Shown: piece after piece, positions 1 to 13,569 of the stretch
Position numbering within the stretch: the first letter of the stretch is position 1
Layout: each line of letters begins with the position of its first letter
Assembly: GCA_951406725.2 (NCBI GenBank)
Contig: OX597817.1
Span: 176,452,001-176,516,000 of the forward strand
Length of the DNA stretch: 64,000 nt
Direction of reading: 5' to 3'
Origin: Octopus vulgaris
Lineage: Eukaryota
The notes under the pieces: generated by a model
The model's input: the letters and a program-made list of their open reading frames with translations, nothing else
The model's database searches: none
What the model was told of the DNA's origin: nothing
Made by a program: the position numbers and the translations under genes

Positions 1-28
1 CACTTTGGAAAGACTTTTTGAACACTGA

Positions 29-329
29 GTCATGCAACCACACTCCAAGTTTTCCAGCTATGCCGAGGTCACGTAGTTTAAGGCATATCATACCATGATC
101 CACCTTGTCAAAAGCTTTTGCAAAATCAAGGTAGATTACGTCCACATTTGATTTGTTGAGTAACTGCCTCAACACCCAGTCATAATGCTGTAAGAGCTGG
201 GTCAGGCAGCTCCTACCTGGTCGGAAACCATGCTAGGTATTACTCAGCAAGTTATTTTCCTCAAGGAATGCGATTAGTCTCTTTCTGACTATCCGTTCCA
301 TGAATTTGCTGATGTGTGAAGTCAGAGAG

Positions 330-333
<4 letters not shown>
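29..333 (-). pseudogene. CR1-group LINE RT fragment (family A), truncated at both ends
   Basis: The minus strand encodes SLTSHISK..., YLDFAKAFDKVDHG. Part of it is the reverse complement of 1346-1492. Confidence 0.85.
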
Positions 334-361
<28 letters not shown>

Positions 362-366
<5 letters not shown>

Positions 367-1327
367 AAAAATTGAGGGAGATAAATTAATATTAATTTTA
401 ATATCAATTTAAAACCAGTAGTCCAGCATTCAAAAAATCTGAGGAGTCAGAGAAAATTCAAGTATATGTGTATATTGGCAGGGCTGGCCTGCTAGGTAGC
501 CGGACAGAATACTAGAAGAAGATCATCAACGATCAAACTACAAGGGAAATTCTCTAGAGGAAGAATTCAGCGAACACCAGAACCAACTTTGGCGGGCAGG
601 ACATATGAAAAATTAAATAAATAACAGACTTAAATGCATACCTCGGTTTCGGTCTTAACAAAAGAATTACTTGCATAATTCAAGTGTCCGTGACTTCTTC
701 AGTACATTCGGTCCTCGTGATGCAAACCGCAAGACTAACCCCAGCTCTCTGTGTCAAGACAGACACGTGCTTAGTCTTACTGATTACATCGGGAATAAAA
801 TTTCAAATGTCTTGGTTCTGGCTCGCTGAGAGACTCCTGAAGCGAAGGACTGCAGTGAATAATTCACTGCGGATAGTGCTTACAACTAGGGAACGTATTT
901 ATTTAAATATTTAAAAATTAAGGGAGATAAATGAATATTAATTTTAATATCAATTTAAAACCAGTAGTCCAGCATTCAAAAAATCTGAGGAGTCAGAGAA
1001 AATTCAAATATATGTGTATATTGGCAGGGCTGGCCTCAGGTAGCCGGCCAGAATACTAGAAGAAGATCATCAACGATCAAACTACAAGGGAAATTCTCTA
1101 GAGGAAGAATTCAGTGTTCGCGGAATTCTTCCTCTAGAGAATTTCCCTTGTAGTTTGATCGTTGATGATCTTCTTCTAGTATTCTGGCCGGCTACCTAGC
1201 AGGCCAGCCCTGCCAATATACACATATATTTGAATTTTCTCTGACTCCTCAGATTTTTTGAATGCTGGACTACTGGTTTTAAATTGATATTAAAATTAAT
1301 ATTAATTTATCTCCCTCAATTTTTAAA
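362..1327 (-). mobile_element. Non-coding hammerhead-bearing element (PLE-derived/retrozyme-like): ~547-bp monomer, partial direct repeat and inverted arm
   Basis: 367-572 is repeated at 914-1113, and 1123-1327 is the reverse complement of 362-567. (TA)n lies on both sides, with an HHR at 633-708. Confidence 0.8.
633..708 (-). ncRNA. Type I hammerhead ribozyme motif
   Basis: Minus strand: aatgta CTGAAGA agtc...gacc GAAAC cgag GTA tgcatt (stem I, conserved core, stem II, short stem III, GUA cleavage triplet). Confidence 0.75.
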
Positions 1328-1345
1328 TATATATATATATATATA

Positions 1346-2295
1346 CATATCTCTCTGACTTCACACATCAGCAAATTCATGGAACGGATAGTCAGAAAGA
1401 GACTAATCGCATTCCTTGAGGAAAATAACTTGCTGAGTAATACCTAGCATGGTTTCCGACCAGGTAGGAGCTGCCTGACCCAGCTCTTACAGGATACACC
1501 GGTCCACAGGGAATTTCAATCCCAGAGCCTAAGTCTGTGAGGGACCTGGGTATCGACATGAGTGATGATACCTCTTTCCAAGTGCACATTACCAGGATGG
1601 CGACAAAGTGCAGACGACTGGCTGGATGGATCCTTAGAACATTCAGAACAAGAGATAAGAAAACCATGATGGTTCTCTGGCGGACTTTCGTCCTCAGCCG
1701 CCTGGATTACTGCTCACAGCTATGGTCATCCACCAGTGTAAAGTAAACAGCGGATCTTTAAGCAATCCAGAGAAGATTCACAAAGAAGATCATCTCTTTG
1801 CAACAGTTCAGCTACTGGGAAAGGTTGAAACAGCTAAGACTCTACTCCCTGGAGAGAAGACGGGAGAGGTATGCAGTAATATATGTCTGGAAGATCCTGG
1901 AAAGAATTGTGCCAAATTTTGGCATTGTAAGCTACACCAATGCTAGAACGGGACGACACTGCATAGTGCCAAAGATCCCAGCAATGACATCACTCTTCAG
2001 GACCAGCTTCTGCAACAGCCTGGGTTTCAAGGGCTTTTTAATATTCTCCCAAAGAGTCTGAGAAACTTGCACAAAGTGGATGTAGCAGTTTTTAAATCAA
2101 ACCTGGACATCTTCCTGTCAAGAGTCCCAGATGAATCTACCTCATGGCAGGAGGTGCAAATGAGAGTAGCTATATCAAACTCCATTCTTCATCAAGTGCC
2201 ACATATTAGACGAGGTTCGTCGTAATAACAGTGTAGTACAAGACGGGGGTGCATCAGCATGGCCGCAGCTCTGAGCTGAAACTAGAAAAAAAAAT
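1346..2295 (+). mobile_element. CR1-group LINE 3' portion (family A) with an internal deletion, decayed
   Basis: ORFs 1537-1746 and 1798-2061 (RDLGIDMS..., LYSLERRRERY). The sequence jumps near 1492. The 3' motif CATGGCC-hairpin-GAAAC is followed by an A-tail. Confidence 0.88.
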
Positions 2296-2462
2296 ACACA
2301 CATATATATATATATATATATATAATTTTCACTATGGAGAGACTTTTTGAATACTGTGTATATATATATATATACATATAAATTTCACTGTGGAGACTTT
2401 TTGAACAATGTGTGTATATATATATATAAAAAATTCATTGTGGAGAAACTTTTTGAACACTG

Positions 2463-2503
<41 letters not shown>

Positions 2504-2741
2504 CACTGTGGAGAGACCTTTGAACACTGTATATATATATATATATATATATATAATAATAAATATTAGGGAATAAATCCAAATTTACAGGAAAAAATCA
2601 GATTTAGGATTGGATCCAATTTTAAAGTAAAATATAATATAATATTAATTAGAGACAAAACCACTATTATGCAAATCAAACAAAGAAAGACTTAATCCAA
2701 TACATAAAAAATTTTATATAAATTAAATATAATTAAGATAT

Positions 2742-2787
2742 CCACTACGATCGTTTCTTGTCACTTCTATGGACATTCATCAGGTGG
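2742..2787 (-). ncRNA. Minimal type I hammerhead ribozyme
   Basis: ccac CTGATGA atgtc catagaagt gacaa GAAAC gatc GTA gtgg, with a palindromic stem III (ACGATCGT). Confidence 0.85.
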
Positions 2788-4394
2788 TTTCTAGACCTAT
2801 AATATAATCAATATTTTTAAGATATAAATTTGAAATGACTAATATATATAAAATATAAAATTATCAATGAAAATATATATAATCAAGAACTAAAATAACC
2901 TCTATAAACAATTGTATATAATGAAACCTAGTATTTAAATTCACATATTTAAAGATGAAATAGCTAATTTCAAAAAACAAAAAACAAAGAACAAAAAATA
3001 AAAAATATATATACACACATGCTCATGCACATATATCCATGTATGTATATAAACATATCTAAATACTTACACAAACTCACACACACATATATATATATCT
3101 ATACATACACATAAACATATAGACAAAGATAAATTTATAATGTAGCCGTATACTTCTACACATTACTTATTCATACTCCCACACACATACATACAATCAC
3201 TCATTCATTCATAAACATATTCTCTCAGCATGATAATAACACAGAGGAAATATAACATCCAGTAGCCGCAGATACTCAACCACAAACTTATAGAAATATT
3301 TCATTCTTAGTAAATATTAAATACTATATACTATATATATGTAATAACCATATATAAATACGTAAACAAACACACACACATATATATTCTATATACTATA
3401 TGCATGTAATAAACATATATAAATACGTAAACAAACACACACACACGTATATATTTATACATACACAAATACATAAAGACAATGTTTCAACACTTTAATA
3501 ATGCATACTCACACACACACACATACAATCAATCATTCATACATAACCGTATTCACACTGCAATACTCTAACACAGAGGAGGAACAAATCCAGTAGACAC
3601 AGATACTCAGCTACATACTTATAGGAATATTCCTTACTTAGTAATATATTATAAAAAAATACTATAATTACTATAAACAAATTTATGAATGGGAATATTA
3701 TCTTATATAAAATTATTCTATTATTAAACATAGCCTAAACCATTTTAAATCGAAATCTATCTATTTATCAAAGTTTGTCTAAATTATTTAATAACTAATA
3801 ACAAAGAAAAATACGATAAATAGATCACTACATAAACAACAAGATTAACATAAGGAGAATATTATTATTCAAAGGTTTATACATATTAAAAATTACAATT
3901 TGGAGATCTTAAAAAATACGTACCTTCTATGCAATTTTGAACTATGAAGTAAATTTGAATGACAAACATCTTACAGCGTTTAAGAAATTACGTTATCAAC
4001 AGAAATAGAATAAACTTTTAATAAATTCTTTGCGCGTGATGAACCAACTTTATTTTAAAGATTATGAATGGAATAATATGTTTATCATCGTAAATAGAAT
4101 GAATTTACTAAAATATTCTATAATAAAATAAGCATGATAAACGAAACCCAAACAAAACAAATATAATGATTAAAACCACCCATTACCAGATACACAAGAA
4201 CAAACCTATATAGCAATCTCCCCCATCTATACATTCACACACATATACACACACATATTTACACCCACCCACACCCATATACATATACACACTCACACAT
4301 ACATATACATACGTACAATACTCGATATATACACCAATATATTCACACCCACACCCATACAAATAAATAAATAAATACATATACATCCATAAAT

Positions 4395-4425
<31 letters not shown>

Positions 4426-5891
4426 CACATCATCAAATACACATATATATAAACACACACATTCACAAAAAAAATCAATAAATATTTATTATATGTATGT
4501 ATGAGTGTGTACACGCATACGGATGCAATCGCGCGCACATGCAAGCCTGCATGTATACATGTGCATGCACAAGCACACGCATTTACATGTGCACGCATTC
4601 ACACCCGCATCTACACATGCACTTGTACACGCGCACACGTGCACACACGCACATGCATATTCACGGACACCCTCCCATACATCTATATATACGTATATAT
4701 GGCTACATCACAAACCTACCCAGAATAAATAAATCTGCCATAATCACCATTCCCAATCTATAATACAAGGGGATTGGAAACATTCACAATATGTAGGGGA
4801 CAACCATCCAAATGTACCCCTATGCATTCAACAACATGTGGCTCCCATTCATCCAATTCAACCCATATCAGGTTATACCCATATAAGCCATAAATTAATA
4901 TTATAGTATAATATATGAATGTAAATAGACATATCTAAATACGTACACATCCACATACACATATATATATATCTATACATACACATATACATATAGACAC
5001 CGATATAATATTCATTAAAAATAACCATGATAATGAAACCCACATAAAAATTAAATAACTAAAATCACCAATTATTAAATACACAATACAAAACTATATA
5101 GCAATACCCCCACACTATAAACTATTTCCCACCCCCACATCCCCACCTAAGACTAATATTCATAACAAACCCATACTACACAAAACATTTATAGTACAAC
5201 CACACACACGCATACACAATATAATAAAATACCAAACTCACACATGCACATATATATATATACACATATACACATACACATACACATGCACAAATACGTA
5301 TATACACACACACACATCTACATACATATACATACACATATACAGACACATATGTACACACACCTACACCACACACATATACATACTCATACATACTTAT
5401 ACATACATACAATACTCGATATATACACCAATATATACACGCCCACATCATCCAAATAAATAAATATATATACATATATATGTATAAATATATATATATA
5501 TACACACACATCAACAAATACTCATATATACAAACACACACATTCACATAAATTATAAATAAATATAAATAAATGTCTATATACTACAATACATAATAGA
5601 GGTAAATAAAAACAAAAAATAAATAAATAAATAAAATAAAATAAATCTAAAATAAATCTAAAATAAATAAAATTGTAACTTACCAGACTCAATGTTCAAT
5701 AAACAGTTATATATTTAATATACATTAATAAGAAATTAATTAATACAATGAAAAACCATCTATAATCTAACTATAATTAAAACCTAAACTACATAGATAA
5801 AATAAATTATTATAAAAGTACTCTAGACACTTAAAATTTATAATACTAGAATAAAACCCATAAAAGGGAGCTATTTAATGTTATTAAATAA

Positions 5892-6668
5892 TTATTGTTT
5901 ATCAGGAAACTTATTATATAAGTAAAGTAACCTGTGTCTGCATTTTATTTTGCGCTCTTCACCTGTATTCAGTAAATTATCATACTTATAAAATAAAATT
6001 TCCTTAAACTCATTAGAGCATAAATAACAAAAATTCGCTCCTATAGTATATGATTTAGTTTTACAAATTATTTCCCAAGATAAATTATAATTAATATTTT
6101 GTGATTTAAGTCTCCAAATGTACTTGCTAAGTCCAGTAGAGTTGATTAAGTTTTTATTTTTAAAAGAATTCAGATGTTGTGCGATTCTTAATTTTATTTT
6201 AGAGGAAGTAGACCCTATATAAATCGTTTTTGGGTAATTATTATTCTTAAAATTATTATCATGTAATGTAACTATACATTTATACACTACATCATTAATA
6301 TTGCATTTGTTATTTAATTTACATTTAGATTCATCTCTACAATTACAGTTAATATATGTCTTATCTTTATTATTAGTATTATTAAATAATTTATTTTTAT
6401 AAAAATTATTCAGTTTAAATTTGTTAAATGAAGAAATGATGTTACCAACATTATTAGTGGTGGAATAACCTACTCCAAAATTATTACTAGAGAAAATGTC
6501 TTTATATTTACGATTATCTCGAATAAAAAGTTCGATAATATCTAAAATCTCTTTAATAATATTCGTTTTAACTTGATCACCATAAGGAACTATTAACCAA
6601 ATTTTATTCTTATTTACCTTCTTATTATAACTGTCATTATTATTATTGTATTTATATTTCTTTATCAT
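5892..6668 (-). CDS. PLE C-terminal region: Cys-rich linker and GIY-YIG endonuclease (RT missing)
   Basis: CNCRDESKCKLNNKC, VVYKC...IYIGSTSSKIKLRIAQH, CYLC...LLN...KCRHR. Confidence 0.85.
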   Translation of the reverse strand: MIKKYKYNNNNDSYNKKVNKNKIWLIVPYGDQVKTNIIKEILDIIELFIRDNRKYKDIFSSNNFGVGYSTTNNVGNIISSFNKFKLNNFYKNKLFNNTNNKDKTYINCNCRDESKCKLNNKCNINDVVYKCIVTLHDNNFKNNNYPKTIYIGSTSSKIKLRIAQHLNSFKNKNLINSTGLSKYIWRLKSQNINYNLSWEIICKTKSYTIGANFCYLCSNEFKEILFYKYDNLLNTGEERKIKCRHRLLYLYNKFPDKQ

Positions 6669-6736
6669 ATTAACATTATTACTATTATCAGATGTATATT
6701 TATGTAAAACATTTAAAGAATTATTAATGTTATTAA

Positions 6737-6822
<86 letters not shown>

Positions 6823-7743
6823 TTATTATTTTTATTATTATTATTATTTTTATTTTTATTATTTTTATTTTTATAATTTCTAATATATTACTAAGTAAGG
6901 AATATTCCTATAAGTATGTAGCTGAGTATCTGTGTCTACTGGATTTGTTCCTCCTCTGTGTTAGAGTATTGCAGTGTGAATACGGTTATGTATGAATGAT
7001 TGATTGTATGTGTGTGTGTGTGAGTATGCATTATTAAAGTGTTGAAACATTGTCTTTATGTATTTGTGTATGTATAAATATATACGTGTGTGTGTGTTTG
7101 TTTACGTATTTATATATGTTTATTACATGCATATAGTATATAGAATATATATGTGTGTGTGTTTGTTTACGTATTTATATATGGTTATTACATATATATA
7201 GTATATAGTATTTAATATTTACTAAGAATGAAATATTTCTATAAGTTTGTGGTTGAGTATCTGCGGCTACTGGATGTTATATTTCCTCTGTGTTATTATC
7301 ATGCTGAGAGAATATGTTTATGAATGAATGAGTGATTGTATGTATGTGTGTGGGAGTATGAATAAGTAATGTGTAGAAGTATACGGCTACATTATAAATT
7401 TATCTTTGTCTATATGTTTATGTGTATGTATAGATATATATATGTGTGTGTGAGTTTGTGTAAGTATTTAGATATGTTTATATACATACATGGATATATG
7501 TGCATGAGCATGTGTGTATATATATTTTTTATTTTTTGTTCTTTGTTTTTTTGTTTTTTGAAATTAGCTATTTCATCTTTAAATATGTGAATTTAAATAC
7601 TAGGTTTCATTATATACAATTGTTTATAGAGGTTATTTTAGTTCTTGATTATATATATTTTCATTGATAATTTTATATTTTATATATATTAGTCATTTCA
7701 AATTTATATCTTAAAAATATTGATTATATTATAGGTCTAGAAA

Positions 7744-7789
7744 CCACCTGATGAATGTCCATAGAAGTGACAAGAAACGATCGTAGGGG
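7744..7789 (+). ncRNA. Minimal type I hammerhead ribozyme (inverted-arm copy, one stem I mismatch)
   Basis: ccac CTGATGA ... GAAAC gatc GTA gggg. Confidence 0.75.
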
Positions 7790-7883
7790 ATATCTTAATT
7801 ATATTTAATTTATATAAAATTTTTTTATGTATTGGATTAAGTCTTTCTTTGTTTGATTTGCATAATAGTGGTTTTGTCTCTAA

Positions 7884-7950
<67 letters not shown>

Positions 7951-7953
<3 letters not shown>

Positions 7954-8572
7954 AGACAAAACATCTCCAGAATTGAGTAACCCCAGAGGGCATTCACTAA
8001 ACAAATTAATGGCATGGCCGCTCTCGATTATTGGGATCGCCTTAAAGCCTTGAAACTTTACTCCATCCAGCGTCGCCGTGAGCGGTACATCATTTGTACG
8101 ATGTGGAGAATATACCGCCAACTTTGCCCAAATGACCTTAACATTAGCTTCAAGGTTCATCCAAGACTGGGACCACGGGCTATACGTCCCCTGCCAAATT
8201 CAAGATCACAACATACATGTATACTGCAACATAATTTCTTTTCCTCAACAGGCCCTGCCCTATTTAACATTGTCCCGAGGGAGATCAAAGAGGAAAAGGA
8301 TCCCATCAACTTTAAACAGAGTCTGGATAGATTCCTTCAAAGAATACCAGATAAGCCACCCATAACTGGATACAACTCACCCAACAAGACCTCACTACTT
8401 GAACAAAACTTGATAGAACTTGCCCAACAAGAACTCACTACATGAACAAAACTTGACTCAAACAAAACTTGCCTTAAACAGGATTCGAATAATCCTATCA
8501 GGTGGTGCTATTAAGTTAGACATGGCCTGGACCAATCTTTGGTCGAAACATATCTAAGTTTATCTAAGTCTA
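7951..8572 (+). mobile_element. CR1-group LINE 3' fragment (family D)
   Basis: ORF 8014-8445 is nearly identical to the C-terminus of ORF 44312-47143. TCTAAGTTTA-type tail. Confidence 0.92.
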
Positions 8573-8609
8573 ATTTATAATATTCACTGTGGAGAGACTT
8601 TTTAAAGAT

Positions 8610-8644
<35 letters not shown>

Positions 8645-8720
8645 ATTCATTGTGGAGAAATTTTTGAACATTGTGTATATATATATATATAAAATTGACT
8701 GTGGAGAGAATCTTTGAACA

Positions 8721-8796
<76 letters not shown>

Positions 8797-8937
8797 CACT
8801 GTGGAGAGACTTTCTGAACACTGTGTATTTATATATATATATACATATATATGTAATTCACTGTTGAGAGTCTTTTTGAAGACTGTGTGAATATATATAT
8901 ATATAAAATTCACTGTGGAGATCCTTATTGAACACTG

Positions 8938-8969
<32 letters not shown>

Positions 8970-8978
8970 AAATTGACT

Positions 8979-9033
<55 letters not shown>

Positions 9034-9062
9034 ATATTCAATGTGGAGTGACTTTTGAACAC

Positions 9063-9093
<31 letters not shown>

Positions 9094-9117
9094 CACTGTG
9101 GAGAGAATTTTTGAACA

Positions 9118-9153
<36 letters not shown>

Positions 9154-9177
9154 CACTGCGGAGAGACTTATTGAACA

Positions 9178-9251
<74 letters not shown>

Positions 9252-9328
9252 AATTGACTGTGGAGAGACTTCTTGAACATTGTGTGTATATATATATATA
9301 ATTCACGTTGGAGAGACTTTTTTAAACA

Positions 9329-9405
<77 letters not shown>

Positions 9406-9543
9406 TCAATAAATGGTGGGGTTGTGTTGACCGCACGTGGAGAAATGATAAGTAAGGAAAATTTTCTTTTAAAAATGCAGAATGCTCAAATGAAAGAAAA
9501 TTTTAATAAAATGAGAAAATGATAAAATATATAAATGTATATT

Positions 9544-9584
9544 TATTCAACCGGTTTTCGTCATTGTATGACTTGTCAAGAATA
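9544..9584 (-). ncRNA. Minimal hammerhead, U3-A8 core variant (second copy on + at 10861-10901)
   Basis: tattc TTGACAA gtca tacaa tgac GAAA accgg TT gaata, with a palindromic AACCGGTT. Confidence 0.65.
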
Positions 9585-10219
9585 TTTATGTTTTAAGAAG
9601 TTTTTTTTTTAAATTAGAAAGGGGGAAAAAAAGAAAATTGCATTGTTTTTTGTAAAAGAATAATGATAAAAATGTACAAAAATTAAAAAATAAGTTCTCC
9701 GATACATTGTGAGTTCGTTGTGTATCTTGCGTTTTATGGTTGTTTACGAAAAAATTACCTTGAGGTGTTAAGATCCAAAGGGATTAAGAGCATGTGTTGT
9801 GTTGTGTTGTTAAATTCAGCATGTTTGCAGGACAGGAAGTAGTAGTAATTGTGGTCCTGCTTCTTCAGTTCCTGTGTTGTGAGTAAGGGGAGACAACTCT
9901 TTTGAGTTCTTCAATAAAACCCAAATTATAAAACTATCATTTTAGCTTCATTTGCATTATCTTTTTTATATAATTGCTTGTTAACTTAACTTTCAGATTT
10001 TAACACTTTATTTACATTATTTTCTAATAATATAAATCTGCATAGACAATTGCATTTCAAATTGTCATATCATTTATAATAAAAATGATAGTAATAACAA
10101 CAATAGTAAAAATGATATTTAAAGAATATAAGTTTTAGCTTGAAGTGATGAATGCATGGTATCTTTATATATTTGTGTTAGTCCATCCATGAAAAGTGAG
10201 GTAGAGAAAGGAAGTTTGA

Positions 10220-10675
10220 TCAACGAGGAGTTTGCATATTAAGTTGTGTTTGGAATTTTTCAATAAAGAGATTCTCCTTGTTAATTCTCTCCTGTGTGGT
10301 GATCCCGTCTTTACATTGGTAGAAGGGGAATATATAGAATTTGGGGTTTAAGTCTTTAGCACATGAGTCTAAGTGGTCACTCAGTGGAATTTGTCGGTAT
10401 TCCGGGAGATTTATTTGTTCTTTATGCACCGTTACTCGTTTACGTAACGGGAGACTCGTTTGTCCAACATAATTATGTTGGCAACCAGCGCATGTGAGAA
10501 CGTAGATAAGGTTCTCGGAGGAACAGGAGAAGTTAGACTTGATTTTAAACTTCGTACCTTGTTTGAAGGTAAATTCAGAGCCTTCAAGTAGAAAGGGGCA
10601 GGTACCACAGTTTGAGCGTGCACATTTTTTTACTGTTGGGGGTGGATGTGGTGTGTGAAGTTTGGCATTTGTCAA
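10220..10675 (-). CDS. Neptune-type Zn-finger linker and GIY-YIG endonuclease (fragment)
   Basis: KCARSNCGTC, NLIYVLTCAGCQHNYVGQT, RVTVH, E..FI..F...LN. Confidence 0.88.
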   Translation of the reverse strand: MTNAKLHTPHPPPTVKKCARSNCGTCPFLLEGSEFTFKQGTKFKIKSNFSCSSENLIYVLTCAGCQHNYVGQTSLPLRKRVTVHKEQINLPEYRQIPLSDHLDSCAKDLNPKFYIFPFYQCKDGITTQERINKENLFIEKFQTQLNMQTPR

Positions 10676-11195
10676 GAGTTACCTCAAGGTAATTTTTTCG
10701 TAAACAACCATAAAACGCAAGATACACAACGAACTCACAATGTATCGGAGAACTTATTTTTTAATTTTTGTACATTTTTATCATTATTCTTTTGCAAAAA
10801 CAATGCAATTTTCTTTTTTTCCCCTTTCTAATTTTTAAAAAAAACTTCTTAAAACATAAATATTCTTGACAAGTCATACAATGACGAAAACCGGTTGAAT
10901 AAATATACATTTATATATTTTATCATTTTCTCATTTTATTAAAATTTTCTTTCATTTGAGCATTCTGCATTTTTTAAAAAAATTTTTCCTTACTATATAT
11001 ATATATATATACATAAAATTCACTGTGGAGATCCTTATTGAACACTGTATATATATATGTATATATATAATTCACTGTGGATTGACTTTTTGAACACTGT
11101 GTGTATATATATATAAAATTGACTGTGGAGAGACTTTTTGAACACAGTGTATATCTATATATATACAATTCTCTGTGGAGAGTCTTTTTGAACAC

Positions 11196-11229
<34 letters not shown>

Positions 11230-11236
<7 letters not shown>

Positions 11237-12123
11237 TAATTAAGGGCTAAAGAGTGTTATTCTAAAGCCAAATACACTGTTTTATCCACTTATAATCCGC
11301 TTGTTACAGGAAAATTGAAACTGAAAACGGGCAACTAACCTTTAGAAAATTTAAATTTCGTTATCTCTATATTGAATCAATTTCGGACTTAATCTTATAA
11401 AAAAGATATATTCCTTCTTCAGTAGAACTTTCGATGGGATATAAATAAAATACTCACGTATGATCATGGAAAAAGCGCAAGCTAAAAACATAACTACACT
11501 TGAGTACATCACTTATATCTAAAAATAAAAATTCTTTGGTCAGCCTCAGAAAACAACGTCCAGACCTTTCGCCGCTACAAATTGTAATGGTTACCAGTCC
11601 TCCTGTAGCAAGCATCGAGTTTACTACTAAGCAATATAGGATGAAGTCCCTTACTCTACAGCAAAGGAATTCATTAGGAAGCGTGGGCAGTATATTTAAA
11701 AAAACCGTTACGGTTGCAATATACATCATATAATTAAGGGCTAAAGAGGGTTATTCTAAAGCCAAATACACTGTTTTATCCACTTATAATCCGCTTGTTA
11801 CAGGAAAATTGAAACTGAAAACGGGCAACTAACCTTTAGAAAATTTAAATTTCGTTATCTCTATATTGAATCAATTTCGGACTTAATCTTATAAAAAAAG
11901 ATATATTCCTTCTTCAGTAGAACTTTCGATGGGATATAAATAAAATACTCACGTATGATCATGGAAAAAGCACAAGCTAAAAACATAACTACACTTGAGT
12001 ACATCACTTATATCTAAAAATAAAAATTCTTTGGTCAGCCTCAGAAAACAACGTCCAGACCTTTCGCCGCTACAAATTGTAATGGTTACCAGTCCTCCTG
12101 TAGCAAGCATCGAGTTTACTACT
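11230..12123 (-). mobile_element. Non-coding ~494-bp tandem element (1.8 copies) with a hammerhead, retrozyme-like
   Basis: 11232.. is repeated at 11726... Each monomer has an HHR, and the element is flanked by (TA)n. Confidence 0.8.
11365..11426 (-). ncRNA. Type I hammerhead ribozyme motif (second copy 11859-11921)
   Basis: tcta CTGAAGA agga...tcc GAAA ttg att caa TA taga (AUA triplet). Confidence 0.7.
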
Positions 12124-12489
12124 ATATATATATATATATATATAATATTCACTGTGGAGAGACTTTTTGAACACTGTGTATATATATATATATATATATA
12201 TAAAATTCACTGTGGAGAAATTTTTGAATATTGTGTATATATATATATATATAATATTCGCTGTGGAGATAATTTTTGAACACTGTGTATATATATATAG
12301 AATTCACTGTGGAGAGACTTATTGAACACTGTGTATATATATATATTTATATATATATATAATTCACCGTGGAGAGACTTCTTGAACATTGTGTGTGTGT
12401 ATATATATATAATTGACTGTGGAGAGACTTTTTGAACACTGTGTATATCTATATATATAAATTTCTCTGTGGAACGACTTATTGAACAT

Positions 12490-12540
<51 letters not shown>

Positions 12541-12573
12541 AAATTCACTGTAGAGAGACATTTTGAACACTGA

Positions 12574-12616
<43 letters not shown>

Positions 12617-13519
12617 AAAAAGGAGATGTGGAACACGAGTTGTGATATATAAAAAGAGGAAATGAAGAAAATGCTGACAAAATAATTTAAGTAAGGGAGA
12701 GTGTATTTAATTAGGTGAAAGTTCTTTTTTTAAAGAAAAAAAAAGAGAAAAATTGGGTTAGAATACAATGTTCATTTTTTGTGAATGATTTCAGTGTATA
12801 AGAAAAAAAGGAAGAGTCTTTTACAGTGTTCTGTTTCAGAATAAGATATTTAGTAAAAGCGTGTAATATACAGTTTTTTTGTGGAAAATTTTAATGTCAG
12901 ATTTCAGTGTAGAATAAAATAAGTAAGAGTTTACCGGTTGCGCATCTGTTATGCTTATCAAAAGATATTTTGAGTGAGATAGAGTTCCTTTCTGATTGAT
13001 TTTTTCTCTTATCTGACTTTATGTTGGGTTTGCTGTCTCTTATATGTGAAAAAAAAGGCTCCGGAGTTGTTTGAGATTTGCTTGGTTTCGCGCCTAAAAT
13101 TTCTTGTGGACAATGGTCAATACAATTTTGATTGGTCATTATAAAGGGGTCACGTGTATGTTTGAATGGAAGTTGGTGTTGGGGTAAGAAAATAGGCTCC
13201 AGAGATGTTAAAATTTGGCTGGTATCGCGCCTAAAATTTCTTATTGGTCATAATAAAGAGGTCACGTGAATGTGGTCATAATAGAGAGGTCACGTGAATG
13301 TTTAGAATGAATTTTGGTGTAGGTGGTGTATGGAGTTTTCGAAAATAGCGTTGTTGAAAATTCTTATTGTTCAGGCTGGTCAGTAGACGTCATGTGGATA
13401 TTTTGAATAGCTTTTTAGCGCGTAGTTAAGGAGTGTATTTTCCGCTTGACTGAATTTGAGCTGGAAAAGTAAGTTCGTTTAGGACAGGAAGGGCTATATG
13501 TATGTATGTGTGTGCTCGC

Positions 13520-13569
<50 letters not shown>

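Larger units (their letters stand above)
2555..7890 (-). mobile_element. 5'-truncated Penelope-like element (GIY-YIG, possibly Naiad-like) with a long 3' UTR and a ~1-kb inverted arm
   Basis: GIY-YIG ORF at 5892-6668. 6878-7890 is the reverse complement of ~2640-3650. There is an HHR in each arm and (TA)n flanks. Confidence 0.85.
9403..10993 (-). mobile_element. 5'-truncated Neptune-like PLE with inverted arm
   Basis: GIY-YIG ORF at 10220-10675. ~10677-10993 is the reverse complement of ~9450-9765. (TA)n flanks. Confidence 0.88.

Noticed and set aside
5892-6668. Selenoprotein-type Naiad (in-frame TGA plus SECIS)
   Set aside because: The visible ORF uses ordinary Cys codons with no in-frame TGA, and I could not identify a SECIS.
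8583-9330. V(D)J recombination signal sequences (CACAGTG heptamers in the unit)
   Set aside because: There is no ACAAAAACC nonamer at a fixed 12/23 spacing and no RAG/Transib ORF in the window.
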